Assembly: GCA_008363385.1 (NCBI GenBank)
Contig: RHKY01000031.1
Coordinates: 6,522 to 70,521, forward strand
DNA: 64,000 nt
Direction: 5' to 3'
Source of the DNA: Acidobacteriota bacterium
GTDB taxonomy: Bacteria; Acidobacteriota; Thermoanaerobaculia; UBA5066
Shown here one piece after another: positions 53,775 to 64,000 of the stretch. The position numbers were made by a program, and so were the translations under genes. The first letter of the stretch is position 1. Each line of letters begins with the position of its first letter. The notes beneath the pieces were generated by a model, which was not told the DNA's origin, searched no databases, and saw only the letters and a program-made list of their open reading frames with translations.

Positions 53775-54773
53775 TCACCCGGCTCCCCTTCCGCGCGCGT
53801 CGGCGGCGGCCCGCGCGGCGCCGAGGAGGGCGCACGTGTCGTCCAGGATCACCTTCACCGGGATCCGCGAGAGGAGCGGCCCGAACCGCCCCTTGTCGCA
53901 GAAGGCGGTGAAGAAGGTCCCCTCGCGGAGCCTGGGGAGGATCTTCGGTGGGATGCCCCCTCCGAGGAAGACGCCGCCGGTGGCGAGGACCTTCAGGGCG
54001 AGGTTCCCCGCCTCGCCGCCGAGGATCGACGCGAAGCGCTGGAGGGTCCTCATGCAGACGTCGTCGCGGTTGTTGAGGGCGTTCTTCGCGATGACCGGGG
54101 CGTGGTCGCCCGCCTCGGCGAACTCGGCGGTGAGCCACTCCGGTTGAGGCCGTCCCGAACGGAGCCGCTCGAACCGGTAGAGGTTGCGCAGCCCCGGCCC
54201 GGAGAGGATCCGCTCGTAGGAGACGTGGCCGAACTCGCCCTCCAGGAACTTGAGGAGCTCGACCTCCTCCGGATGGCGCGGGGCGAAGGAGGCGTGGCCC
54301 CCCTCCGAGGCCTGGGGGACGAGCCTGCCGGCGATCCTGACGAGGTAGCCCTCGCCCAGGCCGGTCCCGGGAGAGAGGATCGCGGCGTTGCCGTCCGGCG
54401 CGGCGACCCCCTCGTTGAGGACGGCGAAGCCGGCCGGCGGCAGCTCGGAGACCCCCCAGCCGTTGGCGACGAGGTCGTTCACGAGGACGGCGACCGGGAT
54501 GGCGAAGGCGGCCCGCACGTCGGCCACGTCGACCCGCCACGGGAAGTTCGTCGCGATGCAGCGGCCGTCCTTGACCGGCCCGGCGATGCCGAAGCCCGCG
54601 GCCGCGACGGCGTCGTCCGGCCGGAGGAAGGCGCGGACGACCGCCTCGAGCCCCTCGAACTCGCGGACCCGGTACTTCTCGATCCGCCCCCGCTCGAGCC
54701 GCCCCTCCCGCTCCTCGAAGAGCGCGAGCCGGACGTTGGTGCCGCCGATGTCGCCGGCGAGGATCGTCATCAC
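53775..54773 (-). CDS. glk: Glucokinase
   Basis: ILAGDIGGTNVRLALF ATP motif. ROK-less Glk family. 332 aa. Confidence 0.85.
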   Translation of the reverse strand: MMTILAGDIGGTNVRLALFEEREGRLERGRIEKYRVREFEGLEAVVRAFLRPDDAVAAAGFGIAGPVKDGRCIATNFPWRVDVADVRAAFAIPVAVLVNDLVANGWGVSELPPAGFAVLNEGVAAPDGNAAILSPGTGLGEGYLVRIAGRLVPQASEGGHASFAPRHPEEVELLKFLEGEFGHVSYERILSGPGLRNLYRFERLRSGRPQPEWLTAEFAEAGDHAPVIAKNALNNRDDVCMRTLQRFASILGGEAGNLALKVLATGGVFLGGGIPPKILPRLREGTFFTAFCDKGRFGPLLSRIPVKVILDDTCALLGAARAAADARGRGAG

Positions 54774-54788
54774 GCCTCCGGGAACCGG

Positions 54789-55544
54789 TCAGAGCATCTC
54801 GACGGCCGTCCTCGGCTCGTCCTTCGGTGGCTCGGGGACGGGGTCGACGAGGAAGACGGTCCGCTCGCGCCCGCGGACCATCGAGATCGGAAGGTCGGTC
54901 CTCCCGAACATCGACTCGGCCACGACCTGGCGTTTCTCGCCCGGGGCCAGGAAGAGGACGGTCCGCGCCGCGTTCAGGAGCGGCAGCGTGAACGTGATCC
55001 GCTCGGGCGGCGGCTTCGGGGCGTCCGTCACCTTCACGACGAGGCGCGCGGCCTCGGCGAGCGCCGGGTGCGCCGGGAAGAGCGACGCCGTGTGCCCGTC
55101 CGTCCCCATCCCCAGGATCACCAGGTCGAGCGACGGGACGGCCGGGGGGGCGAGCCGGTACGTCGCGCGGATCAGCGCCTCGTACCTCTCGGCCGCGTCC
55201 GGGAGCGTCGGGTCGACGCGCAGGACGTTCTGCGGGGGGACGGCCACGTTGGAGAGGAGCGTCCGCCAGGCGCGGTAGTCGTTCCGCTCCGGGTCTCCCT
55301 GCGGGACGCACCGCTCGTCGCCGAAGAGGACGAGGATCTTCGTCCAGTCGATCTCGTCGCGGTGAGGGATCTCCGACAGCGCCGTGTACATCGACTCCGG
55401 CGAGGTCCCCCCGGCCAGCGCCACCGCGAAGACGCCGCGGGAGGCGACGGCCGCCTCGAACGCCTCGCGGAAGAGGCGCGCGGCGACGACCCCGAAGAGC
55501 TCGGGGTCGGGCGCGGTGACGAGCTCGGGGGCCACGGCGCTCAC
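54789..55544 (-). CDS. pgl: 6-phosphogluconolactonase
   Basis: 251 aa from GTG 55544 (GTGA overlap with zwf). VALAGGTSP, LGMGTDGHTASLFP motifs. Confidence 0.8.
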   Translation of the reverse strand: MSAVAPELVTAPDPELFGVVAARLFREAFEAAVASRGVFAVALAGGTSPESMYTALSEIPHRDEIDWTKILVLFGDERCVPQGDPERNDYRAWRTLLSNVAVPPQNVLRVDPTLPDAAERYEALIRATYRLAPPAVPSLDLVILGMGTDGHTASLFPAHPALAEAARLVVKVTDAPKPPPERITFTLPLLNAARTVLFLAPGEKRQVVAESMFGRTDLPISMVRGRERTVFLVDPVPEPPKDEPRTAVEML

Positions 55545-57046
55545 GGGCGCCTCCACCGGCGGCCGTCGCGCGCCAGGAGCGCCACGGCGGCTTCCGGGCC
55601 CCAGGTCCCGGCCTCGTAGTTCGGGTGGTCCTGCGGGGGGTGCTCGCGCCACGTGTCGAGGACGGCGGTGACGTGCTCCCACGCCGCCTCCACCTCGTCG
55701 CGCCGGGCGAAGAGCGTCCCGTCGCCGTTCAGGGCGTCCATCACGAGCCGCTCGTAGGCCTCGGGGCTGGCGGCGCCGAAGAACTCGGAGTACCGGAAGT
55801 CCATCTTCACCGGCTCGATCCGCATCGAGGCGCCGGGGAGCTTGGCCCCGAAGCGGAGCGCGATCCCCTCGTCCGGCTGGATCCTGAGGACGAGGACGTT
55901 CGGCTCCTGCGACAGGACCCCCGCGCGGCGGAAGAAGGCGATCGGGGGCGTCTTGAACGTGATGGCGATCTCGGTGACGCGCTTGGGGAGGCGCTTGCCG
56001 GCCCGGAGGTAGAACGGGACGCCGGCCCAGCGCCAGTTGTCGACGTGGACCTTCCAGGCGGCGTAGGTCTCCCGCAGCGAGGCCGGGGCGACGTTCGGCT
56101 CCTGCCGGTAGCCGGGGACCGGCTTGCCGTCGACGGCGCCGGGGGCGTACTGCCCCCGCACCGTGTCGCGCAGGACCTCCTCGGGCGTCTGGGGGCGGAG
56201 GGCGCGGAGGACCTTGACCTTCTCGTCGCGGACGGCGTTCGGCTCGAAGGCCACCGGCGGCTCCATGGCGACGAGGCAGAGGAGCTGCAGGACGTGGTTC
56301 TGGACGACGTCGCGGAAGACGCCCGTCTCCTCGAAGAAGCGGCCCCGCCCCTCGACGCCGATCGCCTCGGCGACCGTGATCTGGACGTGGTCGACGTACC
56401 GGCGGTTCCAGAGCGGCTCGAACAGGCCGTTGCCGAGCCGGAAGACGAGGATGTTCTGCGTCGTCTCCTTGCCGAGGTAGTGGTCGATCCGGAAGACCTG
56501 CCGCTCGCGGAAGACGTGCCCGATCTCCTCGTTGAGGGCCCGGGCGCTCGCCAGGTCGTGGCCGAACGGCTTCTCGACGACGAGGCGGGACCACGGGCCG
56601 CCCTCGACCGGCGCGACCAGACCCGCCTCCCCCAGGTGCTTCACCGTCGGGCCGATCCCGGAGGGGGGGATGGCGAGGTAGAAGAGCCGGTTCCCCGGCA
56701 GGCCTCGCTCCTTCTCGATCGCGGCGAGGCGCTCGCCGAGCGCGGCGAAGGAGTCCGCCCGCGCGTGGTCCCCGCGGAAGAAGAAGAGCCGCGCGGCGAA
56801 CCCGTCCCAGTCCGCGTCCTCCACCGGCTTCTTCCGCGCGAACTCGCCGACGGCCGCCTTCATCGCGGCGCGGTACTCCTCGTCGGTCCCGCCGCTCCGC
56901 CCGAAGCCGACGACGGCGGTGGCGGGCGCGAGCTGCCGGTCGCGGTGGAGCTCGAAGAGGGCCGGGACGAGCTTGCGCCTCGACAGGTCGCCCGAGCCGC
57001 CGAAGACGACGATCGTGGCCGGGCCGGCCGGGGGCGCGCCGCTCAC
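55541..57046 (-). CDS. zwf: Glucose-6-phosphate 1-dehydrogenase
   Basis: VVFGGSGDLSRRKL NADP motif, RIDHYLGKE active-site signature. 501 aa. Confidence 0.9.
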   Translation of the reverse strand: MSGAPPAGPATIVVFGGSGDLSRRKLVPALFELHRDRQLAPATAVVGFGRSGGTDEEYRAAMKAAVGEFARKKPVEDADWDGFAARLFFFRGDHARADSFAALGERLAAIEKERGLPGNRLFYLAIPPSGIGPTVKHLGEAGLVAPVEGGPWSRLVVEKPFGHDLASARALNEEIGHVFRERQVFRIDHYLGKETTQNILVFRLGNGLFEPLWNRRYVDHVQITVAEAIGVEGRGRFFEETGVFRDVVQNHVLQLLCLVAMEPPVAFEPNAVRDEKVKVLRALRPQTPEEVLRDTVRGQYAPGAVDGKPVPGYRQEPNVAPASLRETYAAWKVHVDNWRWAGVPFYLRAGKRLPKRVTEIAITFKTPPIAFFRRAGVLSQEPNVLVLRIQPDEGIALRFGAKLPGASMRIEPVKMDFRYSEFFGAASPEAYERLVMDALNGDGTLFARRDEVEAAWEHVTAVLDTWREHPPQDHPNYEAGTWGPEAAVALLARDGRRWRRP

Positions 57047-57050
57047 GCCC

Positions 57051-57947
57051 TCAGGCCTTCTTGACGGCGTGGCCGCCGAACTCGTTCCGGAGAGCGTTCA
57101 GGAACTGCGCCGCGTAGCTCGGGTCCTGCCGGGACCGGAAGCGGGCCTGGAGCGCGGCCGTGATCGCCGGCGTGGGGACGGCCCTGTCGACCGACTCGAC
57201 GACGGTCCACCGCCCCTCGCCCGAGTCGGCCACCCACGGGGCGATCCCGGTGAAGCCCGGGTTCGTCTCGAGCGCGTGGGCCGCGAGCTCGAGGAGCCAC
57301 GACCGGACGACCGATCCCTGCATCCAGAGCCGGGCGATCCGCGCGTTGTCCAGGCCGAGCCCCGAGGCCTGCATCAGCTCGAAGCCCTCGGCGTAGGCCT
57401 GCATCAGGGCGTACTCGACGCCGTTGTGGACCATCTTGACGTAGTGCCCCGCGCCCGACGGCCCGCAGTGGAGCCAGCCGTCGGGCGGCGCGAGCGTGCG
57501 GAAGACCGGGGCGAGGCGCGAGACGGGCTCCTCCTCGCCGCCGACCATCAGGCAGTAGCCGTACTGCAGGCCCCAGACCCCGCCCGACGTGCCGACGTCG
57601 ACGAAGTGGACCCCCTTGCGGAAGAGGTCGGCCGAGCGCCGCTGCGAGTCGTGGTAGCTGGAGTTGCCGCCGTCGAGGACGACGTCGCCGGGCGACAGGA
57701 GCTCGCCGAGCGCCGCGACGACGGACTCGGTCGGGTCGCCGGCGGGGACCATCGCCCAGACGGCGCGGGGGCGGGCGAGCCGCGAGACGAGGTCGGGGAG
57801 GCCCGCGGAGCGCGTCGCGCCGGCCGCGGCGGCCGCGTCGGCGGCGGCCGGGTCCCGGTCGGTGACGACGACGACGTGCCCCTCCCGCAGGAGCCGGCGG
57901 ACCATGTTTCCGCCCATCTTGCCGAGGCCGACGAAGCCGATCTCCAT
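57051..57947 (-). CDS. gnd: 6-phosphogluconate dehydrogenase (decarboxylating), short Gnd-like form
   Basis: 298 aa from MEIGFVGLGKMGGNM. ...GTSGGVWGL...HYVKMVHNGVEYALMQ. N-extension of track ORF discarded. Confidence 0.8.
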   Translation of the reverse strand: MEIGFVGLGKMGGNMVRRLLREGHVVVVTDRDPAAADAAAAAGATRSAGLPDLVSRLARPRAVWAMVPAGDPTESVVAALGELLSPGDVVLDGGNSSYHDSQRRSADLFRKGVHFVDVGTSGGVWGLQYGYCLMVGGEEEPVSRLAPVFRTLAPPDGWLHCGPSGAGHYVKMVHNGVEYALMQAYAEGFELMQASGLGLDNARIARLWMQGSVVRSWLLELAAHALETNPGFTGIAPWVADSGEGRWTVVESVDRAVPTPAITAALQARFRSRQDPSYAAQFLNALRNEFGGHAVKKA

Positions 57948-57985
57948 ACCGTCCTCCAGGCGCCGGGGGGCCTGCCGTCCCCGCG

Positions 57986-59146
57986 CTAACGCACGACCTT
58001 CTGCGTGCGGGAGAGGTTCTGGACCGCCTCGGCCCGCCGGGTCTCGATCGTGGCGAGGAGGTCGTCGTAGGCCTTCGCGAAGAGGACGACGCCGTCCTCC
58101 TGGAGCTTCTCGCCGACGGCCTCCACGTCGATGCCGGCGGCGGCGAGGTCCTCGAGCGTCCGGCGGGCGGCCTCGACGCCGTCCAGGACCGAGTCGCCCA
58201 GGTCGCGGCCGTGGTCCAGGAGGGCCTCGAGCGTCTTCTCGGGCATCGTGTTGACGGTGTCGGGGCCGACGAGGTTCTCCACGTAGAGGAGGTCGGAGTA
58301 GGCCGGGTTCTTCGTCCCGGTGGAGGCCCAGAGGGGCCGCTGGACGCTCGCCCCCCGCCCGGCCAGTGCGCGGAAACGCGGCGAGCCGAAGATCGACAGG
58401 AAGTCCTGGTAGACGACCCGGCTGTTGGCGACGCCGGCCTTCCCCTTGAGCGAAGCGAGGTGCTCCTGCTCGGCCGGCGAGGACGCCGCGGCGATCTTCT
58501 CGTCGAGGAGCTTGTCGACGAGCGTGTCGGTGCGCGACACGAAGAACGACGCCACGGAGCGGACCTTCGTGGGGTCCCCGCCCGCGGCGAGGAGGTCCTC
58601 GACGCCGGCGATGTAGGCAGAGGCAACGTCGCGGTAGTGGGCGCGGTTGAACATCAGCGTGACGTTCACCGAGACGCCGTGCCCGATCAGCGTCCGGACG
58701 GCCGAGAGGCCCGCCCGCGTGGCCGGGACCTTGATCAGGACGTTCGGCCGCCCGAGGAGGTCGTGCAGGCGGCGCGCCTCGTCGACCGTCGCGTGGGCGT
58801 CGTGCGCCAGCGACGGGAGGACCTCGAGCGAGACGTACCCGTCCTCGGGGTTCTCGGCGTGCTGGGGACGGAAGAGGTCGGCCGCCTCGGCGATGTCGCG
58901 GCGCGTCAGCTGGTCGTAGATCGAGAAGGCGTCCGCGCCCGCCTCGGCGTGCCGGACGAGGGCGTGTCCGTAGTCCCCCTCGTTCTTCTGGATCGACTGG
59001 CCGAAGATGCTGGGGTTCGACGTGACGCCGTAGACCGTCCCGTCCGAGATGAGGCTGCCCAGGCGCCCCTCGCGGATCATCCGGTTCGAGATGGTGTCGA
59101 GCCAGACGGCCTGGCCGCGACGGCGGTACTGCACCGGGAGAGACAT
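57986..59146 (-). CDS. tal: Transaldolase (long form)
   Basis: GVTSNPSIF signature, Schiff-base Lys region. 386 aa. Confidence 0.85.
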   Translation of the reverse strand: MSLPVQYRRRGQAVWLDTISNRMIREGRLGSLISDGTVYGVTSNPSIFGQSIQKNEGDYGHALVRHAEAGADAFSIYDQLTRRDIAEAADLFRPQHAENPEDGYVSLEVLPSLAHDAHATVDEARRLHDLLGRPNVLIKVPATRAGLSAVRTLIGHGVSVNVTLMFNRAHYRDVASAYIAGVEDLLAAGGDPTKVRSVASFFVSRTDTLVDKLLDEKIAAASSPAEQEHLASLKGKAGVANSRVVYQDFLSIFGSPRFRALAGRGASVQRPLWASTGTKNPAYSDLLYVENLVGPDTVNTMPEKTLEALLDHGRDLGDSVLDGVEAARRTLEDLAAAGIDVEAVGEKLQEDGVVLFAKAYDDLLATIETRRAEAVQNLSRTQKVVR

Positions 59147-59590
59147 GCCGGGACCTCCTTCTGGGGCTCCCGCGCCCGCGGGACCGACGGGGACCGTCGG
59201 GAAAACGTATCACGACCCGGCTCCGCCCCCCCTCGCCGGGTCAGCGCCGATTCCTGACCCGTCCCGAGGGTCAGCGCCGAACCCCGAGGCCCGACGAGAA
59301 TTCGCCGAATCGATCACACGCGGCGCCCGTCGCCAGGCCGCCCCGAGGCGCGCCGGGTGGCGCCGGCCTTGCAGAATCCACCGCGCGGAAGGAGCCGCAC
59401 GGGGGGCAAGAACCCTCGCATCCGACCTGCGAGGCTCCCGGTGACTCCTTCTGCTGTTCCTTTGCCGTCGATCGGACGGATGCGCCGGCCCGGGCGGAGG
59501 AGGAAGGGCCGCGCGGGAGGGGAGACCCGCCCGCGCGGCCCGGTTCTGCGTCCGCGGACCCGGCGCGGACCCGGCGCAGAGGCCCGAGCA

Positions 59591-59615
59591 GAACGTAGAA
59601 TGGAGCTCTGACCCC
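59591..59615. repeat. Partial inverted copy of the 53125..53238 repeat unit (GAACGTAGAAtGGAGCTCTGACCCC)
   Basis: 24/25 match to the reverse complement of ggggtcagagctccgttctacgttc. Flanked by further GGGGTCAG. Confidence 0.45.
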
Positions 59616-59648
59616 GTCCGAGTGACCCCATCCGAGTGAGGGGCGGGG

Positions 59649-62600
59649 TCAGCTGGCGGGGTCTTCCTGGCCGCGGAGGCCGTACTTGGCCATCTTCGAC
59701 TTGAGGGTGTTGCGGGCCAGGCCGAGGCGGCGGGCGGCCTCGCGGATCTTGCCGCTCGACTCGGAGAGGGCGCGCTCGATCAGCTCGCGCTCGACGCCCG
59801 AGAGGACGCGGTCGTAGGTCTCCGGGTCGAGCGGCTTGCCCGGCTCGAGCCGGACCGAGAGCGGCGGGGCCTCGGCGGCGTCGGCAGCCGCGGCGGCGGG
59901 CTCCGGCGGGGGCGCGGCGGCGCGCGGGGCGGCCGAGAGGAGAGGCGACTCGATCAGCCACGGGAAGTCGGCCTCGCTGAGGGCGTCGCCGGGCGACAGG
60001 ACGAGCGCGCGGTGGAGCGTCGCCTCCAGCTCGCGGATGTTCCCGGGCCACGGGTAGCGGTGGAACAGCTCGAGGACCCCCGGCGAGAGGCGGCGCGGGT
60101 CGGTCCCGAGGTCGCGCGAGAGCTTGACGACGAAGTGGTGGAGGAGGAGCGGCAGGTCCTCGAGCCGCTTCCTCAGCGGCGGCAGCTCGATCGGGACGAC
60201 GTTGAGCCGGTAGAAGAGGTCCTCGCGGAACTCGTTCCGCTCGATGGCGGTCGCCAGGTCGAGGTTCGTGGCCGCGAGGATCTTGGCGTCGGACTTCAGC
60301 GTCTGCGTCCCGCCGACGCGCTCGTACTCGCGGTCCTCGACGACGCGCAGGAGCTTGGCCTGGATGGCGAGCGAGGTCTTGCCGATCTCGTCGAGGAAGA
60401 TCGTCCCCCCCTGCGCCAGCTCGAAGCGGCCGGGCTTCCTCCGGTCGGCGCCCGTGAACGAGCCCTTCTCGTGCCCGAAGAGCTCCGACTCGGCGAGCGT
60501 CTCGGGGAGGGCGGCGCAGTTGAACTGGACGAACGGCCCCTGCGCCCGCGGCGAGAGGGAGTGGAGGATCCGCGCGACGAGGTTCTTCCCGGTTCCGGAC
60601 TCGCCGCGGATGAGGACCGTACCTGTCCCCGCCGCCGCCCGCGGGAGCATCACCTTGATCCGGCGGGCCGCCTCGGACGTGCCGACGAGGGCGTCGAGGT
60701 TCCAGCCGCGGGCCAGGTTCGCCTTCAGGCTCTCGTTCTCCACGGAGAGCCTCAGGCGCGCCTCGAGGAGCTCCTCGAGGAGGCGGGCGTTCTCGATGGC
60801 GACGGCGGCCAGGTCGGCGAAGGCTTCCAGGAACGCCCGGTCGGCCTCGCTGAAGAGGCGCGGGGCCCCCCGGTGGTCGACGTAGATGGCCCCGGAGACC
60901 CGCTCCTTGACCCGGAGCGGGACGCAGAGGAACGAGACGATGGCGTGGGCCAGGATCGACTCGCGCCCGGCGAAGCGCGGGTCGACGCGGGCGTCGGCCG
61001 CCAGGACCGAGACCCCCTCGGAGACGACCCGCTCGACGACGCCGCGGGAGATGGCCTCGGCCTCCTCCTCGCGCCCCGTCTTGAGGTTGCGCGCCACGCG
61101 GATGGAGACGCGGGACGTGACCGGGTCCGTCAGGAGGACCATCCCCCGCTCGGCGTTCAGCCGCCGGAGCGCCAGGTCGACGATGTCCTCGAGGAGGGCC
61201 GAGAGCTCGCGCGTGGAGTTGACGATCCGCGAGACCTCGTAGAGGCCGATGACGCCGTCGCCGGCGCTCTCGGCCGGGACGGCGTCGGAGGGGCTCTTCG
61301 TGGCGATCCGCTCGAGCGCCCCGCGCGCCCGCTCCAGCTCCCTGCGCGCCCCGATCCGCTCGAACAGCCTCGCGGCCGTCCCGAGGCGGGCGGTGGCGCG
61401 CGAGCGCTCGTCGGTCCTGACGCCCCACTCGTAGTAGGCGCGGCCCAGGTCGTACAGGACGCCGATGTCGGAGAGGAGCCGCGTGGCCTCCTCGAAGAGG
61501 CGGTCGGCCTCCTCGGGGCGGCGCTTGGCCCAGGCGATCCGCGCCTCGACCGTCAGGATCCGGCCCTTGTCGAACCGGTCGTTCAGCTCCTCGGCCAGCT
61601 GGCGGGCCCGCCCGGCCTCGCGCTCGGCCCGCGCCGCCTCGCCGGTGCGCAGGGAGAGGTCCGCCGCGGAGAAGAGGACCCGCCCGAGGCCCTCCTTCGT
61701 CCCCGAGGCCTCCATCGAGGCGAGGACCTCGTCGAGGTGTCGGCGCGCGTCGTCGAGGTGCTCGTGGTCCTTCTCGACGAGGGCCACGGCGTACAGGACG
61801 GCCGCGAGGAGCTCGCGGTCCCCCAGGTCCCGGGCCGCCGAGAGCGCGGCGGAGAGGGTCTTCTCGGCCCGCTCGAGGTCCCCCTTCTTCCGGAGGAGGT
61901 TCCCGAGCGCCACCTGCCCCTCGAGGACGTTCTTGCTCGTCCGGTCGTCCCCGAGGAGGTCCAGCATCAGCCGGAAGTTCGTCTCGGCCTCGTCCCAGCG
62001 GCCGAGCATCTCGTCGCACTGGCCGAGGTTCAGGTGCGCCAGCGCCTGCCCGCCCGAGGAGCCGAGGCGGCGGTGGATCTCGAGGGCCCGCTCGAACTTG
62101 GGCCGCGCCTCGCCGAACTCCCCCCGGCCGCACGAGAGGACCGCCAGGTTCGTCAGCGACGACGTGATCCCCCAGAGGTCGCGCGAGCGCTCGGCCTCGC
62201 GCAGGCACTCCTGCTCCATCGCCTCGCTCTCGTCCCAGCGGCCCGTCTTCCAGTACGTGGTGGCGAGCGCCGAGAGGGAGCGGCGGAGGAGCTCGGGCCG
62301 CCCCGAGGCGCGCGCCTCCTCGACGGCGGCCTGGAGCTCCGCCTCGGCGGCCGCCCAGTCGCCCCGCTGGAACGCCACCGCGCCGAGCGTGCCGCGCAGG
62401 AGGGCCTTCAGGTCGCTCGGCCCGGCCGGCCCGACCAGCTCCAGGCCCGCCCGCGCACGCGCCTCGGCCCCGGCGTGGTCCCCCCGGTCGAGGCCGGCGC
62501 GGGCCGAGGCGTCGAGGAGGCGGGCCCGCTCCTCCGCGGAGCCGACCTCGGCCAGCTCCACCTCGGCCCGGTCGAACAGGGTGCGCGCCGCCTCGGCGTC

Positions 62601-64000
62601 GCCGCGGCGGAGGCGGATCATCCCGACCTTGAACGTCAGGAGGGCCGCGCGGCGCCTCACCTCGGGCTCCCCCGCGTCGGGGCGGACGCCCAGCTCCTTG
62701 AGGAGGAAGTGGTAGGCCGAGAGCGCCTTCCGCCAGTTCCCCGCCCGGAAGTGGACGTCCCCCAGCTTCTCCCTCACGAGCGACTTCTCGGCGTCCCGGC
62801 CGAGGATGTCGAGGAACTCCAGGACCCCGGCGTAGAACCTCGCGGCCTGGTCGTACGCGAAGAGGCGCTCGGCCTGGGCCGCGGCCATCAGCCCGAGGCG
62901 GATCCCGCGCTCGGGGTCGCCCCCCCGGAGCGCGTGCGTGGCGGCGGCCGCGCCGAGGTCGGGGCGCGACGGGAGGCGGGACTCGAAGTAGGCCGCCGCG
63001 GCGTCGTGGAGCGCCCGGCGCGACACCTCGTCCAGGGCCGCGGCGAGGAGGTCGCGGATCCGCGGCGAGGGGAACTCGTAGAGCGTCTCGCCGGAGCGCT
63101 CCCGCGCCAGGAGGAGCCCTCCCGCCGTCAGGTCCCGGAGGTCGTCCGAGAGGTCGTCGGCGAGGTCGTCCACGGGGCCGGCCCCCGGAGCGGACGGCTC
63201 GCCCGCCTCGCCCGGGAGGACGCCCGCCAGGCGGCGGGTCAGCTCGAAGGAGAGGTCGGTCGGGACGACCGACAGGGCGGTGAGGAGCCGCCGCCTCCGC
63301 GCCGGGAGGGCCTGCAGGGAGGCGTCGAGCGCGTCGGCGGCGGCGCCGGGCTGCGAGAGCCGCTTCAGACGCGCCGGGTCGACCGTGATCCGTCCGTCGT
63401 CGAGCGAGACGACGCGCAGGGCGACGGCGTTCTCGAGGAGGCGCACGAGGGCGCCGGGCTGCCCCTGGGACTCGTGGAGGAGCGTCTGGACCAGCTCCTG
63501 CGGCAGGTCGGCGGTCCCCAGCATCCCCGCGGAGGCCTGCGTCACCTCGGCCTCGGTGAGGGGCGGCAGGGGCCAGGGGTTGACGTTCAGCTCGGCGTGA
63601 GGCGCGGTCCGGACGCCGCCCCCGAGCGTCTCGTCCTCCTCCCGCTCCGCCTCGATCCCCACGGTCCCGGCCAGGACGATCCGCGTCGCCTCGACGGCCT
63701 TGCCGAGGAACGACAGCAGGCCGATCGTCGCCCGGTCCGCCAGGTGGAGGTCGTCCAGGAGGAGGACGAGCGGCTGGTCGCCCACCTCCGCGGCCCGCGA
63801 GGCCTGGAGCGCCGCGAGCACCTCCTCGAAGAGGGCGAGGCGGCTCCGCTCGTCGGTCAGGCGGGAGATCGGGAGGTCCTCGACCTGCGTGGCGGCCAGC
63901 CGAGCCACGCGCGCCAGCGTGGCCCGCGCCGCCGCCCCGAAGGAGCCCCCCCGGCGCGTGAGGGCCGAGAGGACGTCCAGGATCGGCCGGTACGGGGTCC
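59649..64000 (-). CDS. Sigma-54-dependent enhancer-binding protein with N-terminal AAA16-type ATPase, TPR repeats and GAF domain (partial, N-terminus beyond window)
   Basis: Sigma54 activation domain [21 protein letters not shown]-like [16 protein letters not shown]-terminal Fis-type HTH. Frame stays open to the window edge (...[12 protein letters not shown]...). Confidence 0.8.
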   Translation of the reverse strand, partial: TPYRPILDVLSALTRRGGSFGAAARATLARVARLAATQVEDLPISRLTDERSRLALFEEVLAALQASRAAEVGDQPLVLLLDDLHLADRATIGLLSFLGKAVEATRIVLAGTVGIEAEREEDETLGGGVRTAPHAELNVNPWPLPPLTEAEVTQASAGMLGTADLPQELVQTLLHESQGQPGALVRLLENAVALRVVSLDDGRITVDPARLKRLSQPGAAADALDASLQALPARRRRLLTALSVVPTDLSFELTRRLAGVLPGEAGEPSAPGAGPVDDLADDLSDDLRDLTAGGLLLARERSGETLYEFPSPRIRDLLAAALDEVSRRALHDAAAAYFESRLPSRPDLGAAAATHALRGGDPERGIRLGLMAAAQAERLFAYDQAARFYAGVLEFLDILGRDAEKSLVREKLGDVHFRAGNWRKALSAYHFLLKELGVRPDAGEPEVRRRAALLTFKVGMIRLRRGDAEAARTLFDRAEVELAEVGSAEERARLLDASARAGLDRGDHAGAEARARAGLELVGPAGPSDLKALLRGTLGAVAFQRGDWAAAEAELQAAVEEARASGRPELLRRSLSALATTYWKTGRWDESEAMEQECLREAERSRDLWGITSSLTNLAVLSCGRGEFGEARPKFERALEIHRRLGSSGGQALAHLNLGQCDEMLGRWDEAETNFRLMLDLLGDDRTSKNVLEGQVALGNLLRKKGDLERAEKTLSAALSAARDLGDRELLAAVLYAVALVEKDHEHLDDARRHLDEVLASMEASGTKEGLGRVLFSAADLSLRTGEAARAEREAGRARQLAEELNDRFDKGRILTVEARIAWAKRRPEEADRLFEEATRLLSDIGVLYDLGRAYYEWGVRTDERSRATARLGTAARLFERIGARRELERARGALERIATKSPSDAVPAESAGDGVIGLYEVSRIVNSTRELSALLEDIVDLALRRLNAERGMVLLTDPVTSRVSIRVARNLKTGREEEAEAISRGVVERVVSEGVSVLAADARVDPRFAGRESILAHAIVSFLCVPLRVKERVSGAIYVDHRGAPRLFSEADRAFLEAFADLAAVAIENARLLEELLEARLRLSVENESLKANLARGWNLDALVGTSEAARRIKVMLPRAAAGTGTVLIRGESGTGKNLVARILHSLSPRAQGPFVQFNCAALPETLAESELFGHEKGSFTGADRRKPGRFELAQGGTIFLDEIGKTSLAIQAKLLRVVEDREYERVGGTQTLKSDAKILAATNLDLATAIERNEFREDLFYRLNVVPIELPPLRKRLEDLPLLLHHFVVKLSRDLGTDPRRLSPGVLELFHRYPWPGNIRELEATLHRALVLSPGDALSEADFPWLIESPLLSAAPRAAAPPPEPAAAAADAAEAPPLSVRLEPGKPLDPETYDRVLSGVERELIERALSESSGKIREAARRLGLARNTLKSKMAKYGLRGQEDPAS

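Noticed and set aside
52953-55619. 888-aa plus ORF antisense to FKBP, glk and pgl
   Set aside because: No motifs, extreme Arg/Gly/Glu bias. The opposite strand encodes three well-recognised enzymes.
54789-56594. 601-aa track ORF for pgl and 720-aa track ORF 57051..59213 for gnd
   Set aside because: Only the C-terminal 251 aa and 298 aa match Pgl and Gnd-like enzymes. The N-extensions overlap zwf and tal out of frame. Starts re-set to GTG 55544 and ATG 57947.
59314-62208. 964-aa minus ORF in alternative frame within the sigma-54 regulator
   Set aside because: Pro/Arg/Gly-rich. The regulator frame (59649..>64000) carries AAA+, GAF and HTH motifs.

Overview
High-GC (~70%+ by eye) bacterial chromosomal window, almost entirely coding. 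Nearly all genes are on the minus strand in long translationally coupled operons. The regulator, kinase and toxin-antitoxin (TA) repertoire looks Myxococcota-like, but that is an inference. No rRNA, tRNA or CRISPR array was recognised.

Three blocks:
(1) 1-32.9 kb is a very large surface-glycan (O-antigen/EPS-type) biosynthesis locus in two minus-strand operons (<1-15784 and 16010-32936). It holds at least 11 GT2/GT4 glycosyltransferases and an acyltransferase-3 O-acyltransferase. There is a Wzy/WaaL-like membrane protein plus a Wzm/Wzt ABC exporter. Two AsnB-type amidotransferases are present, one fused to a GT4. Two SDR epimerases and three SAM-dependent methyltransferases are present. An FdtA-like isomerase plus a DegT aminotransferase point to an amino-deoxy sugar branch. 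A GMC oxidoreductase, an aldo/keto reductase and a WecA-like initiating transferase are also encoded. A UDP-sugar dehydrogenase is interrupted by a 237-aa mini-intein at its catalytic cysteine.
(2) 32.9-47.9 kb is an accessory island dominated by TA and nucleotidyltransferase modules. It holds three HepT/MntA-type HEPN-MNT pairs, an HI0073/HI0074-type pair, hicAB, relE/yefM, a vapBC pair and AbiEii-like nucleotidyltransferase (NTase) paralogs. Also here are an S8 subtilase, a carbamoyltransferase-SxtK-SxtJ-like trio, a DUF4143 AAA ATPase and GDP-fucose synthase. Several cassettes are bounded by direct repeats that duplicate the end of a resident gene (54-bp and 99-bp repeats), suggesting site-specific cassette insertion.
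(3) 48-64 kb is housekeeping. It encodes a holA-like protein, queD, a Ser/Thr kinase with PD40 repeats, a second vapBC pair, a secreted FKBP PPIase and the pentose-phosphate operon glk-pgl-zwf-gnd-like-tal. A giant AAA16-TPR-GAF-sigma54 enhancer-binding protein runs off the window end.

Two further observations. Stop/start overlaps of the form NTGA are pervasive. At least three conserved genes appear to begin at CTG overlapping the upstream TGA.
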